Source of the DNA: Desulfobaccales bacterium
GTDB taxonomy: Bacteria; Desulfobacterota; Desulfobaccia; Desulfobaccales; 0-14-0-80-60-11
Length of the DNA stretch: 64,000 nt
NCBI GenBank assembly: GCA_037481655.1
Contig: JBBFLF010000005.1
Span: forward strand, 9,981 to 73,980
Direction: 5' to 3'
Position numbers and translations under genes: made by a program. The notes under the pieces are model-generated. The model made no database searches, was not told the origin of the DNA, and was given only the letters and a program-made list of their open reading frames with translations. Below are positions 52,115-61,123 of the stretch, one piece after another (within the stretch, counting starts at the first letter, position 1; each line of letters opens with the position of its first letter).

Positions 52115-52451
52115 GCCGCAGGAATCCTTCCTTGCCGGGTATTATAAACCGGTGGCGGTGCCAAGGAAGAGGCGGAAGTCCAGAGGTCTGCCCCTCTTTC
52201 CCCCGTCCCCGTGCCTTTCCTTAGGGGAAGAAAGACAGCGCCTCCTGTGCCGTTCATCTCCCTGGCCTTTGCTTTTCTCAGCGCTTCGTCAACCGGAATG
52301 CCCCGCCGTTATCTTTTTGCCCGAGGCCGCCTCAAGCCCGGCTTTTTTAAAGTTCCCCCCCAGGAGGCCGATGGGTGAAGTGAGGGACGGAGAACCGGGC
52401 CGGCGACCCGTCAAGGCGCCAGCCGGCCAACCCCTTCCAGGGACGGAGAGC

Positions 52452-53198
52452 ATGGCGAATAATCTGAGCCCGGCGGAAGTCACCCGTTATTCGTATCAGA
52501 TCGCGTTGCGGGAGTGGGGCCGGGAGGCCCAGGAACGGCTCAAGGCCTCCCGGGTGCTCATTGCCGGGGCCGGCGGCCTGGGAAGCGCCGTGGCCCTGCA
52601 CCTTTTGGCCACCGGGGTGGGAGCCCTGAGGCTGGTGGACGACTCCCGCATCACCCTGGCCGACCTCAACTTGAGCCCTCTCTACCGGGAACGGGACCTG
52701 GGCAAGACCAAAGTGGCCACTGCGGAGCGGCGCCTGAAAGAGGTCAACCCCTTCGTCACCGTGGAGGCCCAGGCCAAGACGGTGACGGAGACCAATCTGA
52801 GGCGCCTCACTTCGGGCTGCGCCCTCCTCATTGACGCCATGCCGGACCGGACAGTGGGGCCGCTTCTCAACCAGGCCGCTATCCGCCACCGGCTGCCCCT
52901 CATCCATGCCTGGGTGGGGGCCATGGACGGCCATATCACCACCTTCTGGCCCGGCGTCGGCCCCTGCTACACCTGCGCCCTGAAGGAGCCCCCGCCGCCT
53001 CCGGAGGCCGCCCTGATGGGGCCCCTGCCGGGGATCATGGGGGCGCTTTTGGCCTGGGAGGCCCTGCGCATCTTAGGCGGCTTGGGGCCCGCCTTGTTGG
53101 GGCGCCTCCTGGTCTTCAAAGGCCGCTGGTTCCACTTCCGGGAGGAGACCCTGCGCCCCCAGCCGTCCTGCCCCCAGTGCTGGCATCTGTGGTCCTGA
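52452..53198 (+). CDS. ThiF/MoeB/HesA family protein with degenerate adenylation motif
   Basis: RYSYQ, GAGGLGS, CYTC and CPQC zinc motifs; SNLxRQ replaced by ADLNLS. Confidence 0.85.
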   Translation: MANNLSPAEVTRYSYQIALREWGREAQERLKASRVLIAGAGGLGSAVALHLLATGVGALRLVDDSRITLADLNLSPLYRERDLGKTKVATAERRLKEVNPFVTVEAQAKTVTETNLRRLTSGCALLIDAMPDRTVGPLLNQAAIRHRLPLIHAWVGAMDGHITTFWPGVGPCYTCALKEPPPPPEAALMGPLPGIMGALLAWEALRILGGLGPALLGRLLVFKGRWFHFREETLRPQPSCPQCWHLWS

Positions 53199-53219
53199 GA
53201 AAGACAGGGCCCAGGGGGC

Positions 53220-53400
53220 AAAGTTGAGCTGAAACGACGGAGTTGAGCTGAAACGAAAACCAGGACCACACAAGAAGTCGCGGGCCTACAGAAAGTTGAG
53301 CTGAAACGGCGGCGTTGAGCTGAGACGGCGGCTGAGAGGTCTGAATCACGCCTGGGGCTCGCCGGATTCCCCGCGGGGCAAAGTTGGGCATCAACGGCGG
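53220..53400 (+). repeat. Direct-repeat cluster GTTGAGCTGA(A/G)ACG x4 plus a degenerate fifth copy
   Basis: Cores at 53223, 53242, 53295, 53314; degenerate copy at 53383. Confidence 0.85.
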
Positions 53401-53713
53401 AAGGGGGTCCGGCAGATGGTCCTGCCCCTTAAATTTTAAAGCCTTCTGCCCCGAGCCCCGGCTTTCTCCGGGGGACAGCCCGCCTCGCCCGTGAGGGCTG
53501 CAAACTGCCGGTGCGGTCAGGCCGGCCCCCGCAATTTTTGGCCTTTTGGCCGCTACGGTCCGCCCTCAGAGCCGGCCCGTCTGCCTTTCTGTCCACCGTT
53601 TTCCTTCCCCTTCCCGACCTCCCGCCCAGACTTCCGGTCAGTTGACACAACCTGTCGCAGAATACCTCCATAAAATAAATTTCTTTTTTTCCCAAATAAC
53701 TTCACTTTTTCTT

Positions 53714-53741
53714 TAAAGTTTCTCCTGACCCCTCTCGAAGA
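53714..53741 (+). promoter_or_regulatory. Probable sigma28 (FliA) promoter of flagellin
   Basis: TAAAGTTT -35 exact; -10 CTCGAAGA only partly matches GCCGATAA. Confidence 0.45.
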
Positions 53742-53761
53742 GTGAGACAGATGCGGCAATA

Positions 53762-53795
53762 CCCTCCAAGGATGGGAGGGAAAGATACCAGGAGG
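53762..53795 (+). promoter_or_regulatory. CsrA/RsmA-type binding sites in the flagellin leader
   Basis: CCCTCC-AAGGATG-GGAGGG hairpin with GGA in the loop; second CAGGAGG overlapping the SD. Confidence 0.7.
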
Positions 53796-53803
53796 TTGAG
53801 GCA

Positions 53804-54685
53804 ATGTCACTGGTCATCAATCACAATCTCATGGCCATGGGCGCGGCCCGGCATTTGAGCGCCACCTATGGCCGCCTGTCCCAGTCCGTGGCCCGGCTGG
53901 CCTCGGGCCTGCGCATCAACTCCGCCGCCGACGACGCCGCCGGCTTGGCCATCCGGGAGATGATGCGCACCGACATCCGGGTCCTGCAGCAGGGGGTGCG
54001 CAACGCCAATGACGCCATCTCCCTCATCCAGACCGCCGACGGCGCCTTGTCCGTCATTGATGAGAAACTCACCCGCATGAAGGAGTTGGCGGAACAGGCG
54101 GCCACCGGCACCTATACCGACGTCCAGCGCCTCATCATGGACAGCGAATATCAGGCCATGGCCTCGGAGATCTCCCGCATTGCCAATGCCACCGACTTCA
54201 ACGGGGTCAAACTCCTGGACGGCAGCCTCTCCGGCACCGGTCTGGCGGGTGGCCCCGGTCAGCAACTGAAGATTCATTTCGGCACCGGGAACAGCTCTGC
54301 GGAAGATTACTACTATATCCGCATCAATGCGGCCACCGCCTCCGCCTTTGGCCTGGGGAACAACGCCCGGGTGGGGCCCGGCTACACCATCAGCACCCAG
54401 TCTGCGGCCCAGGCGGCTTTGGAGGCCATCGATCTGGCGGTGACCAGCAAGGATACCATCCGGGCGGCCTTGGGCGCGGTGGCCAACCGCCTGGCCAACA
54501 CCATCACCAACCTCACCATCCAGGCGGAGAACCTGCAGGCGGCGGAATCCCGCATTTCGGACGTCAACGTGGCCACGGAAATGACGGAATTCGTGCGCAA
54601 CCAGATCCTGACCCAGGCGGCGGTGGCCATGCTGGCCCAGGCCAATGCCCTGCCGCAGCTGGCCCTGCAACTGATCCGCGGCTAG
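53804..54685 (+). CDS. fliC: Flagellin (short, essentially D0/D1 only)
   Basis: MSLVINHN, LASGLRINSAADDAAGLAI, NANDAISLIQTA, ENLQAAESRISDV..AMLAQAN. Confidence 0.97.
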   Translation: MSLVINHNLMAMGAARHLSATYGRLSQSVARLASGLRINSAADDAAGLAIREMMRTDIRVLQQGVRNANDAISLIQTADGALSVIDEKLTRMKELAEQAATGTYTDVQRLIMDSEYQAMASEISRIANATDFNGVKLLDGSLSGTGLAGGPGQQLKIHFGTGNSSAEDYYYIRINAATASAFGLGNNARVGPGYTISTQSAAQAALEAIDLAVTSKDTIRAALGAVANRLANTITNLTIQAENLQAAESRISDVNVATEMTEFVRNQILTQAAVAMLAQANALPQLALQLIRG

Positions 54686-54722
54686 ACCGCAGGGTGAGCA
54701 TGCAGCTTCAAGGAGGAGAGCC

Positions 54723-54998
54723 ATGCAGGCAGATCAGCTCTCGAGCACCCTGATGCTCACCATCGACCAGGTCTCCCAGCTCACCGGGGTGCGCAAATCC
54801 ACCCTGCGTTACTGGGAAAAGGCCTTCGAGCCTTACCTGCGGCCGGCCCGGACCCATTCCAACCGCCGGGAATACACCCTGGAGGATGTGGACCGCATCA
54901 AACTCATCCGGCACCTTTTGGAGGAGGAGCACCTCACCCCCGCCGGCGTGCGCATGCGCCTGGCCCAGATGCACCAGGAAGCCTCCGCCGCCGGGTGA
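54723..54998 (+). CDS. MerR-family HTH-only protein
   Basis: LTIDQVSQLTGVRKSTLRYWE..RTHSNRREY; 91 aa, no effector domain; [12 protein letters not shown]. Confidence 0.88.
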   Translation: MQADQLSSTLMLTIDQVSQLTGVRKSTLRYWEKAFEPYLRPARTHSNRREYTLEDVDRIKLIRHLLEEEHLTPAGVRMRLAQMHQEASAAG

Positions 54999-55038
54999 GC
55001 TGGCACCTGCCGGACTGAGGGCGGCACGGCGGTCAGGG

Positions 55039-55146
55039 GAAGGCAATCACGGCGGAGAAAGCGGAGCAAAGGAGGTTGGTTTTCAGCTGATTACAGACCA
55101 TCTCGTCAATGTCGAAGGCAATCACGGCAGAGAAAGCGGAGTAAAG
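55039..55146 (+). repeat. Two 33-bp direct repeats separated by a 42-bp spacer
   Basis: GAAGGCAATCACGGCRGAGAAAGCGGAGYAAAG at 55039 and 55114 (2 mismatches). Confidence 0.85.
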
Positions 55147-55643
55147 AAGGAGGCGGAAGCCAAACCGGGAGGAGAAGCGGCGGAGACTTTCTGAGAGGAT
55201 CGGGGGAGCCCCACCATCTCCGGGCAAAAGAGGGCCCGGGGCTAAGCAAGGCCGAGGGCTTTAGGGGTGTCGAACACGGGTTTGTCTAGAAAAAGGAGAT
55301 GTGGGCAGAGGGAGAGCTATCGTCTGAAATCTGAGGGAGGAAAAGAAGCCACCGCTTAGGGAGATCAGCCAAAAATTGGGAGCCTGACGGCTGCCCCCTC
55401 TCCGGCGACGGAAGCACCCGGCCAGAGGCTGCCGCAGGAAGCCCTCCCGTGAAGGCGCCCAGGCGGACCGGGGTGACACCACCGCCCATCGGAGCGGCAG
55501 GCATCAGCCTCCGGGAGCACCGCCCTCTGGCTTGTATAGGCGGACAATTTTAGGGAAAGGGGGGCATGTGCTCCTCCGCCTCCCCCACCCCTGAAGCGCC
55601 GAGGGGGAAGCCGGCCTGCGACCCTCCCCGTGCCAGGGAGCGG

Positions 55644-55880
55644 TCAGCTTTCCGGCACTGCCTTGGGCTTGCAGAGAAATTCCTCGGAGGTGGCCAGCCG
55701 GCCGCACTGCCCGCAGACGTATTTGATGTCTTCCAGCTTGCCTTTGCAGAAATGTTTCACGTGGGGCGCCTTCTCCCCGCAGTAGGCGCAGGTCATAACT
55801 TCGGTTTTGGGGTTGCACAGATGGCCCGGCTCTTCTGCCAGAGCCCCACAGGTTTCACAGACATACATCCGCTTCGCCAT
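55644..55880 (-). CDS. Small Cys-rich metal-binding repeat protein
   Basis: 78 aa; three CxxCG modules each followed by a distal (H/F)xC; AGGAGG RBS. Confidence 0.8.
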   Translation of the reverse strand: MAKRMYVCETCGALAEEPGHLCNPKTEVMTCAYCGEKAPHVKHFCKGKLEDIKYVCGQCGRLATSEEFLCKPKAVPES

Positions 55881-55957
55881 GGACTTCGGCCCTCCTGACG
55901 GTTTTCGCCGGCGGCCGTAAGTCTTCTCTACATAATTTGAATCAAAGGCGGGACGAT

Positions 55958-56863
55958 TCAGGCTGTCAGGCTGAGGGAGCCGTCGGTGCCGTCCAAGACG
56001 GCCTGGAGGCCCAAGGGGAGGGTGAAGTTGTCCGGCTGATGGCCCACCGGAAGTCCGGCCAGGACCGGCACCTCTAGGGGAGCCAGGGCTTGGGCCAGCA
56101 CCTCCAGCACCTCCGCAGGCTGCGCCCCGGTGCCGGTGAAGGCCCCCAGCACCACCCCCGCTACCTCCTCCAGGGCCCTGGCATAAAGGAGGTGCGTCAC
56201 CAGTCGGTCCAGGCGGTAAGGCGCTTCGTTGTGATCCTCCAGGAAAAGAACGCTCCCCCGGAGGCAGGGCATGTAGGGGGTGCCCACCAGGTGGCAGAGG
56301 GTGGTGAGATTGCCGCCCAGAAGCGGGCCGGCAGCGGTGCCGGGGTGAAGGACCGTGAGCCCCTCAAACCGGCGGGCTTCCGGCGCGGGGGCGGCCAGCC
56401 AGCGGAAAAAATCCTCCCGGGCGGCGGGGGTAAGGGCGGGGAGATGGGCCACCGTGGGGCCGTGGAAGGCCGCCACCCCCAGGCGCTGCACCGCAAACAG
56501 GAGCAGGGCGGTGAGGTCGCTGAAGCCCACCAGCCTCAGGGCCCGGGACTGAAGGGACTTGGCCTTCAGGTAGGGCAGGATTTTAAAAGAGCCGTAGCCG
56601 CCCCGGGCGCCGAGGATGGCCCTGATCTCCGGATCCAGCCACGCCTGCTCCAGCGCCTGGGCCCGAGCCGCATCCGCCTCTCGGCCCCAGGGGCGAGGGG
56701 TGGTTGCCTCCTGGCCCACCTTCACCCGGTAGCCGGCCCCATGCAGAAATGCCACCCCGGCCTGAAGCAGGTCCGGCTCCACCGGGCTGGCAGGCGCCGC
56801 CACCGCCAGGGTGTCCCCGGTCAGGGCCGGCGGGGGCCACAGGATAGGGGGCCTCTCAGGCAT
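55958..56863 (-). CDS. LD-carboxypeptidase (peptidase S66)
   Basis: APASP, ARGGYG, GFSDLT, GGNL, FLED..E, VGH. Confidence 0.92.
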   Translation of the reverse strand: MPERPPILWPPPALTGDTLAVAAPASPVEPDLLQAGVAFLHGAGYRVKVGQEATTPRPWGREADAARAQALEQAWLDPEIRAILGARGGYGSFKILPYLKAKSLQSRALRLVGFSDLTALLLFAVQRLGVAAFHGPTVAHLPALTPAAREDFFRWLAAPAPEARRFEGLTVLHPGTAAGPLLGGNLTTLCHLVGTPYMPCLRGSVLFLEDHNEAPYRLDRLVTHLLYARALEEVAGVVLGAFTGTGAQPAEVLEVLAQALAPLEVPVLAGLPVGHQPDNFTLPLGLQAVLDGTDGSLSLTA

Positions 56864-57079
56864 CAAATCTCCTTCCCCCCGGGGCGTCGGCCTCCCCGAC
56901 CCGGAAGCGATTTCGTTCTCGTTTCTTTGCGGGTCCCTTGCGCCCTCCCCGGAAAACCCGCTGGAATTCTCCCGGGCATTTATATACAATGTCCTCGTTG
57001 TGAAAAAGTGAGAAGGTCTTTTAAGAAAACCCGGACTATCATGGTCCAATTATCAGCTTCCAGGTGCTGATGGCGACCG

Positions 57080-58609
57080 ATGAAGAAAGGCTGGCACATC
57101 TGGGGTGAGGCGTGGGGGCGGTGGCTGCCGCCCCTGGGTTGGGCCCTGCTCATGGGCTTGGCCGTCCTTTTCCGCCTCTCGGATTTGGGGGCCCGCAACC
57201 TCTGGTCCGATGAGGCCTGGGTGGCCCTGGCGGTCCTGAAGCCCACGGTCACGGAGGCCCTGGCTGCCGGACAATCCACCCCACCCTTCTACCTGCTCAC
57301 CCTGTGGCTCCTGACCCAGGTCTTCGGGGGGAGCGAGGTGGTTCTGCGCTCCCTCTCCTTCGCCTTCGGGGTGGGCACGGTGCTCCTCTTCTGGCCCCTG
57401 GCCCGCCGCCTCACCTCCCCGGCCGCCGCCTGGCTGGGGCTGACTGCCGTCACCTTTGCGCCGGTGCTGGTGTATTTCTCCAAAGAACTGAAGCAGTACA
57501 GCGGCGACGCCTTCTTTGCGGTGCTGGTGGCCCTCCTCACCGAGCGCTTCCTCGAGCGTCCCGGTCGTGGCCGCCTGGTTCTCCTGGCCGCTGCCGGAGC
57601 ACTGGGCCTGGGTTTTTCCCACCCCCTCATCTTCGTGCTCCCGGTGGCGGGACTGATTGCCTATGGCGGGGCACCGGCGTGGCGGCGATGGCTCCTTGCG
57701 GTGGCCGGGTTTTGGGCCGCCAGCTTTCTGGGCTGCTATCTGGCCTTCTTCCGCCACCAGGTCAACCCGGAGCTGGTCTCTTACTGGAGCAGAGAATTCC
57801 CGGATTTTTCCAGCCTGCCGGCCTTTGCCTCATGGCTGGCGGGGGCTCTCAGCCGCTATTTCCATTACTTTTTCGGGGATTACGCCGCCTGGTGGACGCC
57901 CCTGGCCCTGATGGCGGGCCTCTGGGCCCTCAAACCGCCAAGGCGCACCCGCCTGCTCCTCTATCTGGGGGGGCCCCTCTTTTTGGCTTTTTTGGCCGCC
58001 GCCCTGCACCGTTACCCCTTCATGGCCCGCTACAACGGCAGCCGCCTGCTCCTGTTTTCGGCCCCCTTCCTCTATCTCGGGGCGGCGGCGGGGGTGGCCC
58101 TGGCGGTCTCACGCTTACATGAATGGCGCCGCGGGGCTGCCTGGGGGCTGGCCCTGCTCCTCCTGGCCAGCCTTCAGCCCCTAAGTACGGTTAAGGAGAA
58201 CCTCCACCCTTCCCTGCAGCGCCGGCAAATCGCACCCCTGGTGGCCCGGCTGGAGCGGGAGTTCGGTCCCCGGGACCTGTTGTATGTTTACCATTACGCC
58301 GTCCATCCCTTCCGCTATTACCGGCCGGATTTCCCGCCCGAGCAGGTGCGCTTCGGCGCCACGGTCCTGGATAAAAACCTCTTTCCCGGCGAGGAGGAGG
58401 AGGACGACGACGATGAGCCCCCGGAGCGGGTGTGGCTGTTGGCGGCCCACTTCCCCGGGGGAGATTTCCTGGATACCTTCGCCGCCGGGCTGTTAGGTCC
58501 GGGGTGGCGGCCCGCGGTCCGCTATCAGGAACCAGGGGCGGCGCTGATCTGCTTCCAGCGGGACAACCGCCTCACCGCCCGCCAGCAGGCGGAGCCTGGC
58601 CCGCCATAA
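57080..58609 (+). CDS. GT-C membrane glycosyltransferase (PMT/ArnT-like)
   Basis: LWSDEA, PPFY, SEVVLRSLS, FSKELKQYS; many TM helices. Confidence 0.82.
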   Translation: MKKGWHIWGEAWGRWLPPLGWALLMGLAVLFRLSDLGARNLWSDEAWVALAVLKPTVTEALAAGQSTPPFYLLTLWLLTQVFGGSEVVLRSLSFAFGVGTVLLFWPLARRLTSPAAAWLGLTAVTFAPVLVYFSKELKQYSGDAFFAVLVALLTERFLERPGRGRLVLLAAAGALGLGFSHPLIFVLPVAGLIAYGGAPAWRRWLLAVAGFWAASFLGCYLAFFRHQVNPELVSYWSREFPDFSSLPAFASWLAGALSRYFHYFFGDYAAWWTPLALMAGLWALKPPRRTRLLLYLGGPLFLAFLAAALHRYPFMARYNGSRLLLFSAPFLYLGAAAGVALAVSRLHEWRRGAAWGLALLLLASLQPLSTVKENLHPSLQRRQIAPLVARLEREFGPRDLLYVYHYAVHPFRYYRPDFPPEQVRFGATVLDKNLFPGEEEEDDDDEPPERVWLLAAHFPGGDFLDTFAAGLLGPGWRPAVRYQEPGAALICFQRDNRLTARQQAEPGPP

Positions 58610-58825
58610 GCCCCAGCCGGTCCTGCCGCCGGAAACCGCCCCCCTTCGGACGCCATTCGGGGGCACCCGTCATTCCCCACAGGAAAATTTCTCCCAAAGC
58701 CGGATGTCCAGGGCGGTTTTCTGGCAGCGTTGAGAGCACCTGTCCGCCCTCATCTTAAGAGAACGAGTGCGCCGGTTCTGCTGCGACCGGCAAAGGCGGA
58801 AATCCGGCTCCACTCACCTCATTTA

Positions 58826-59344
58826 TTAATCTGAAAATTGTTGCAGTGAGTTTTTGAAAATCAGGTATTGCTTTCTATATTTGTTATAAGACGCCTGGTC
58901 TTTATACTTAATGCCAAATACCAGGCGGGTATTGGCAAGTGTATCCTGGGTATCAATCCATGACCGAACATATTTGCCCGCCTTGTCTTTCACTGTGACA
59001 GTTCTGACATTTTTATTACCTTTGCGCTCAATATTTTCTGAAACAAGCAGCTCCCGATTCGGGTCAATCTTTATGTCCTCCGGCTCGCCGCTCCAATGCG
59101 GGGAGAATACATAAAACTCCACCTCCTGCTGAGGGGAAACAAAAAAGGCACTGTCATACCCGGTGATTGCATCTCTGCTTTTGAGCGATGGCCTGACGCG
59201 AAAGCCGGGTGGATATTTGATCGAAAACCAGGCCCCCTTATATGTCGGCCAGTCCGAACCCTCAGCCGCCATCCCCATTGCTGGAAGATAGAGGATTAAA
59301 CTGAAAAACATCAAAAATATGCAGATTGTGTGCTTGTATCTCAT
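58826..59344 (-). CDS. Hypothetical exported protein, low GC
   Basis: Signal peptide; YKGAWFSIKYPPGF; visibly AT-richer than neighbours. Confidence 0.75.
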   Translation of the reverse strand: MRYKHTICIFLMFFSLILYLPAMGMAAEGSDWPTYKGAWFSIKYPPGFRVRPSLKSRDAITGYDSAFFVSPQQEVEFYVFSPHWSGEPEDIKIDPNRELLVSENIERKGNKNVRTVTVKDKAGKYVRSWIDTQDTLANTRLVFGIKYKDQASYNKYRKQYLIFKNSLQQFSD

Positions 59345-59429
59345 AATGCCCGCCCTGGCAAATTGAGAAGGTTATCCCCCCGAGTACGGTTTGGCTGGCC
59401 CCCCTCCCCCACCCTGGTTGTCCCGGCCT

Positions 59430-59744
59430 TCAGCTCCCCTGCGGCAGGCAGCGCACCTCCCGCACCACCCCCGGCCCCAGGGCCCGGTCCAGCTCCGCCA
59501 GGAGCCTGGGTTTCAGGAAGTGGAGCTCCTGCATCCAGGGGCCTGGCGTGATCGCCACCACCAGCTCCCGGCGCTTGAGGTCCACCAGGGTGGCCTGCGT
59601 CTGCAGGCGCGGGGGCACCACCCGCTCCCAAACCTCACGGATCAGACGACGCTGCTCCAGGGCCTGCCAGTCCCCGGGCTTGATGAGCCCCTCCAGGACC
59701 TCCCTAAGCGGCAGCGGCCGGGGCGTGGTTTTGCGGGGAGCCAT
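59430..59744 (-). CDS. DUF721/DciA family protein
   Basis: WERVV, LVVAI, WMQELHFLKPRLL; AGGAG RBS. Confidence 0.78.
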   Translation of the reverse strand: MAPRKTTPRPLPLREVLEGLIKPGDWQALEQRRLIREVWERVVPPRLQTQATLVDLKRRELVVAITPGPWMQELHFLKPRLLAELDRALGPGVVREVRCLPQGS

Positions 59745-59822
59745 GGGTCTCCTTTCCTGGGCATCTTTGGGGCGACAGGGCATGTATCCGCCCTCGCCCC
59801 GCACCCTCTTCCGCTTCGGCCG

Positions 59823-61001
59823 TTAAAAATCCTGCCGGGCCCGGGCAAACCCGGGGGCGGACCGGGCAATGACCTCCTCCGGGACGCAGAAGGCCAGGCG
59901 GAAGTAGCCCGCCCGGCCAAACCCCCGGCCCGGCACGGCCAGGATGTTCTCCGCCTTGAGGCGGGCCATAAAGGCCAGATCGTCCCCTCCCGGCGCCTGG
60001 GGGAAGAAATAGAAGGCGCCCTTGGGCAGGACGAAGTCATAGCCGGCCTCCCGCAGGACCTGAGCGAAAAGCTCCCGGCGCCGGGCGTAGGGGCTCACGT
60101 CCACGGCTTCCCCGGCCACCGCGGCCACCACCCGCTGCATCAGGGCCGGGGCATTGACAAACCCGAGGATGCGGTTGGCCAGCACCATGCCGGCCACCAG
60201 CTCCTCCCGGTCCGCCGCCCGGGGGGAGACCGCCGCCAGCCCCAGGCGCTCCCCGGGAATGGAGAGCTCCTTGGAGGAGGAGGTGATGAGGATGGTGTGG
60301 GGATAGATGTGAAAGAGGTTGGGCAGGGGCAGGCCGTCATACACCAGGCGGCCGTAGGGCTCGTCCGCCAGGAGATAGACCGGCTCCCCCCGCCGGGTGC
60401 CGAAGTCCTCCAAGAGCCGCCCCAGCTCCCGCAGGGCCGCCTCCTCATACACCTGGCCGGTGGGGTTGTGGGGCGAGTTGAGGATGAGGGCCCGAGTGCG
60501 GGGGCCCAAGGCAGCCGCGATGGCGGCAGGCACAAGGTTGAAGTGGTCATCCGTCTCCACCACCCGGGGAAGGCCGCCGTGATTGTCCACATAAAAGAGG
60601 TATTCCGGGAAGTAGGGGGCCAGGATGATGACCTCGTCCCCGGGATCCAACAGCGCCTTCAAGGCGATGTTGAGGCCGCCGGCAGCGCCGCAGGTGAGGA
60701 TCAGGTCCCCGGCGGTGAAGGGCTCGCCATAGCGTTGCCGGAGAGAGGCGGCCAGCGTCTCCCGGACGGCGGGCAGCCCGGCATTGGGCATGTAGCCGTG
60801 CAGACCGGGGCGGGGATCTGCCGCTGCCTCCCGCAAAGCCTCCTTGAAGCGGGCCGGCGGCTCCAGATCCGGATTCCCCAGGGTGAAATCACAGACTTTG
60901 TCCGGCCCCAGACGGGCCTTGAGCTCCGCCCCTTCCTCAAACATGCGCCTAATCCAGGAGGCGCTCTCCAAGGCCGCCCGGATCTTTCGGGACACACTCA
61001 T
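59823..61001 (-). CDS. Class I/II PLP-dependent aminotransferase (aspartate aminotransferase-like)
   Basis: SWIRRMFEEG, LGNP, NSPHNPTG, DEPY, SSSKELSIPGERLG. Confidence 0.93.
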   Translation of the reverse strand: MSVSRKIRAALESASWIRRMFEEGAELKARLGPDKVCDFTLGNPDLEPPARFKEALREAAADPRPGLHGYMPNAGLPAVRETLAASLRQRYGEPFTAGDLILTCGAAGGLNIALKALLDPGDEVIILAPYFPEYLFYVDNHGGLPRVVETDDHFNLVPAAIAAALGPRTRALILNSPHNPTGQVYEEAALRELGRLLEDFGTRRGEPVYLLADEPYGRLVYDGLPLPNLFHIYPHTILITSSSKELSIPGERLGLAAVSPRAADREELVAGMVLANRILGFVNAPALMQRVVAAVAGEAVDVSPYARRRELFAQVLREAGYDFVLPKGAFYFFPQAPGGDDLAFMARLKAENILAVPGRGFGRAGYFRLAFCVPEEVIARSAPGFARARQDF

Positions 61002-61123
61002 GGTTGCCTCACTTGTGCTGATGTCGGGGCCGGGTCCCCGCTTCCCCAGTCTAAATTGCAAATCCTGTTCCGGCTGCGTGCCTTGGCGAGGCTGTCGGCC
61101 CGCCGGTTGCAAGCCCCGCCGGT

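Noticed and set aside
53220..55146. Bona fide CRISPR arrays
   Set aside because: Only two units at each site, the two repeat types are unrelated, one is internally duplicated, and no cas genes are in the window; kept as repeat findings
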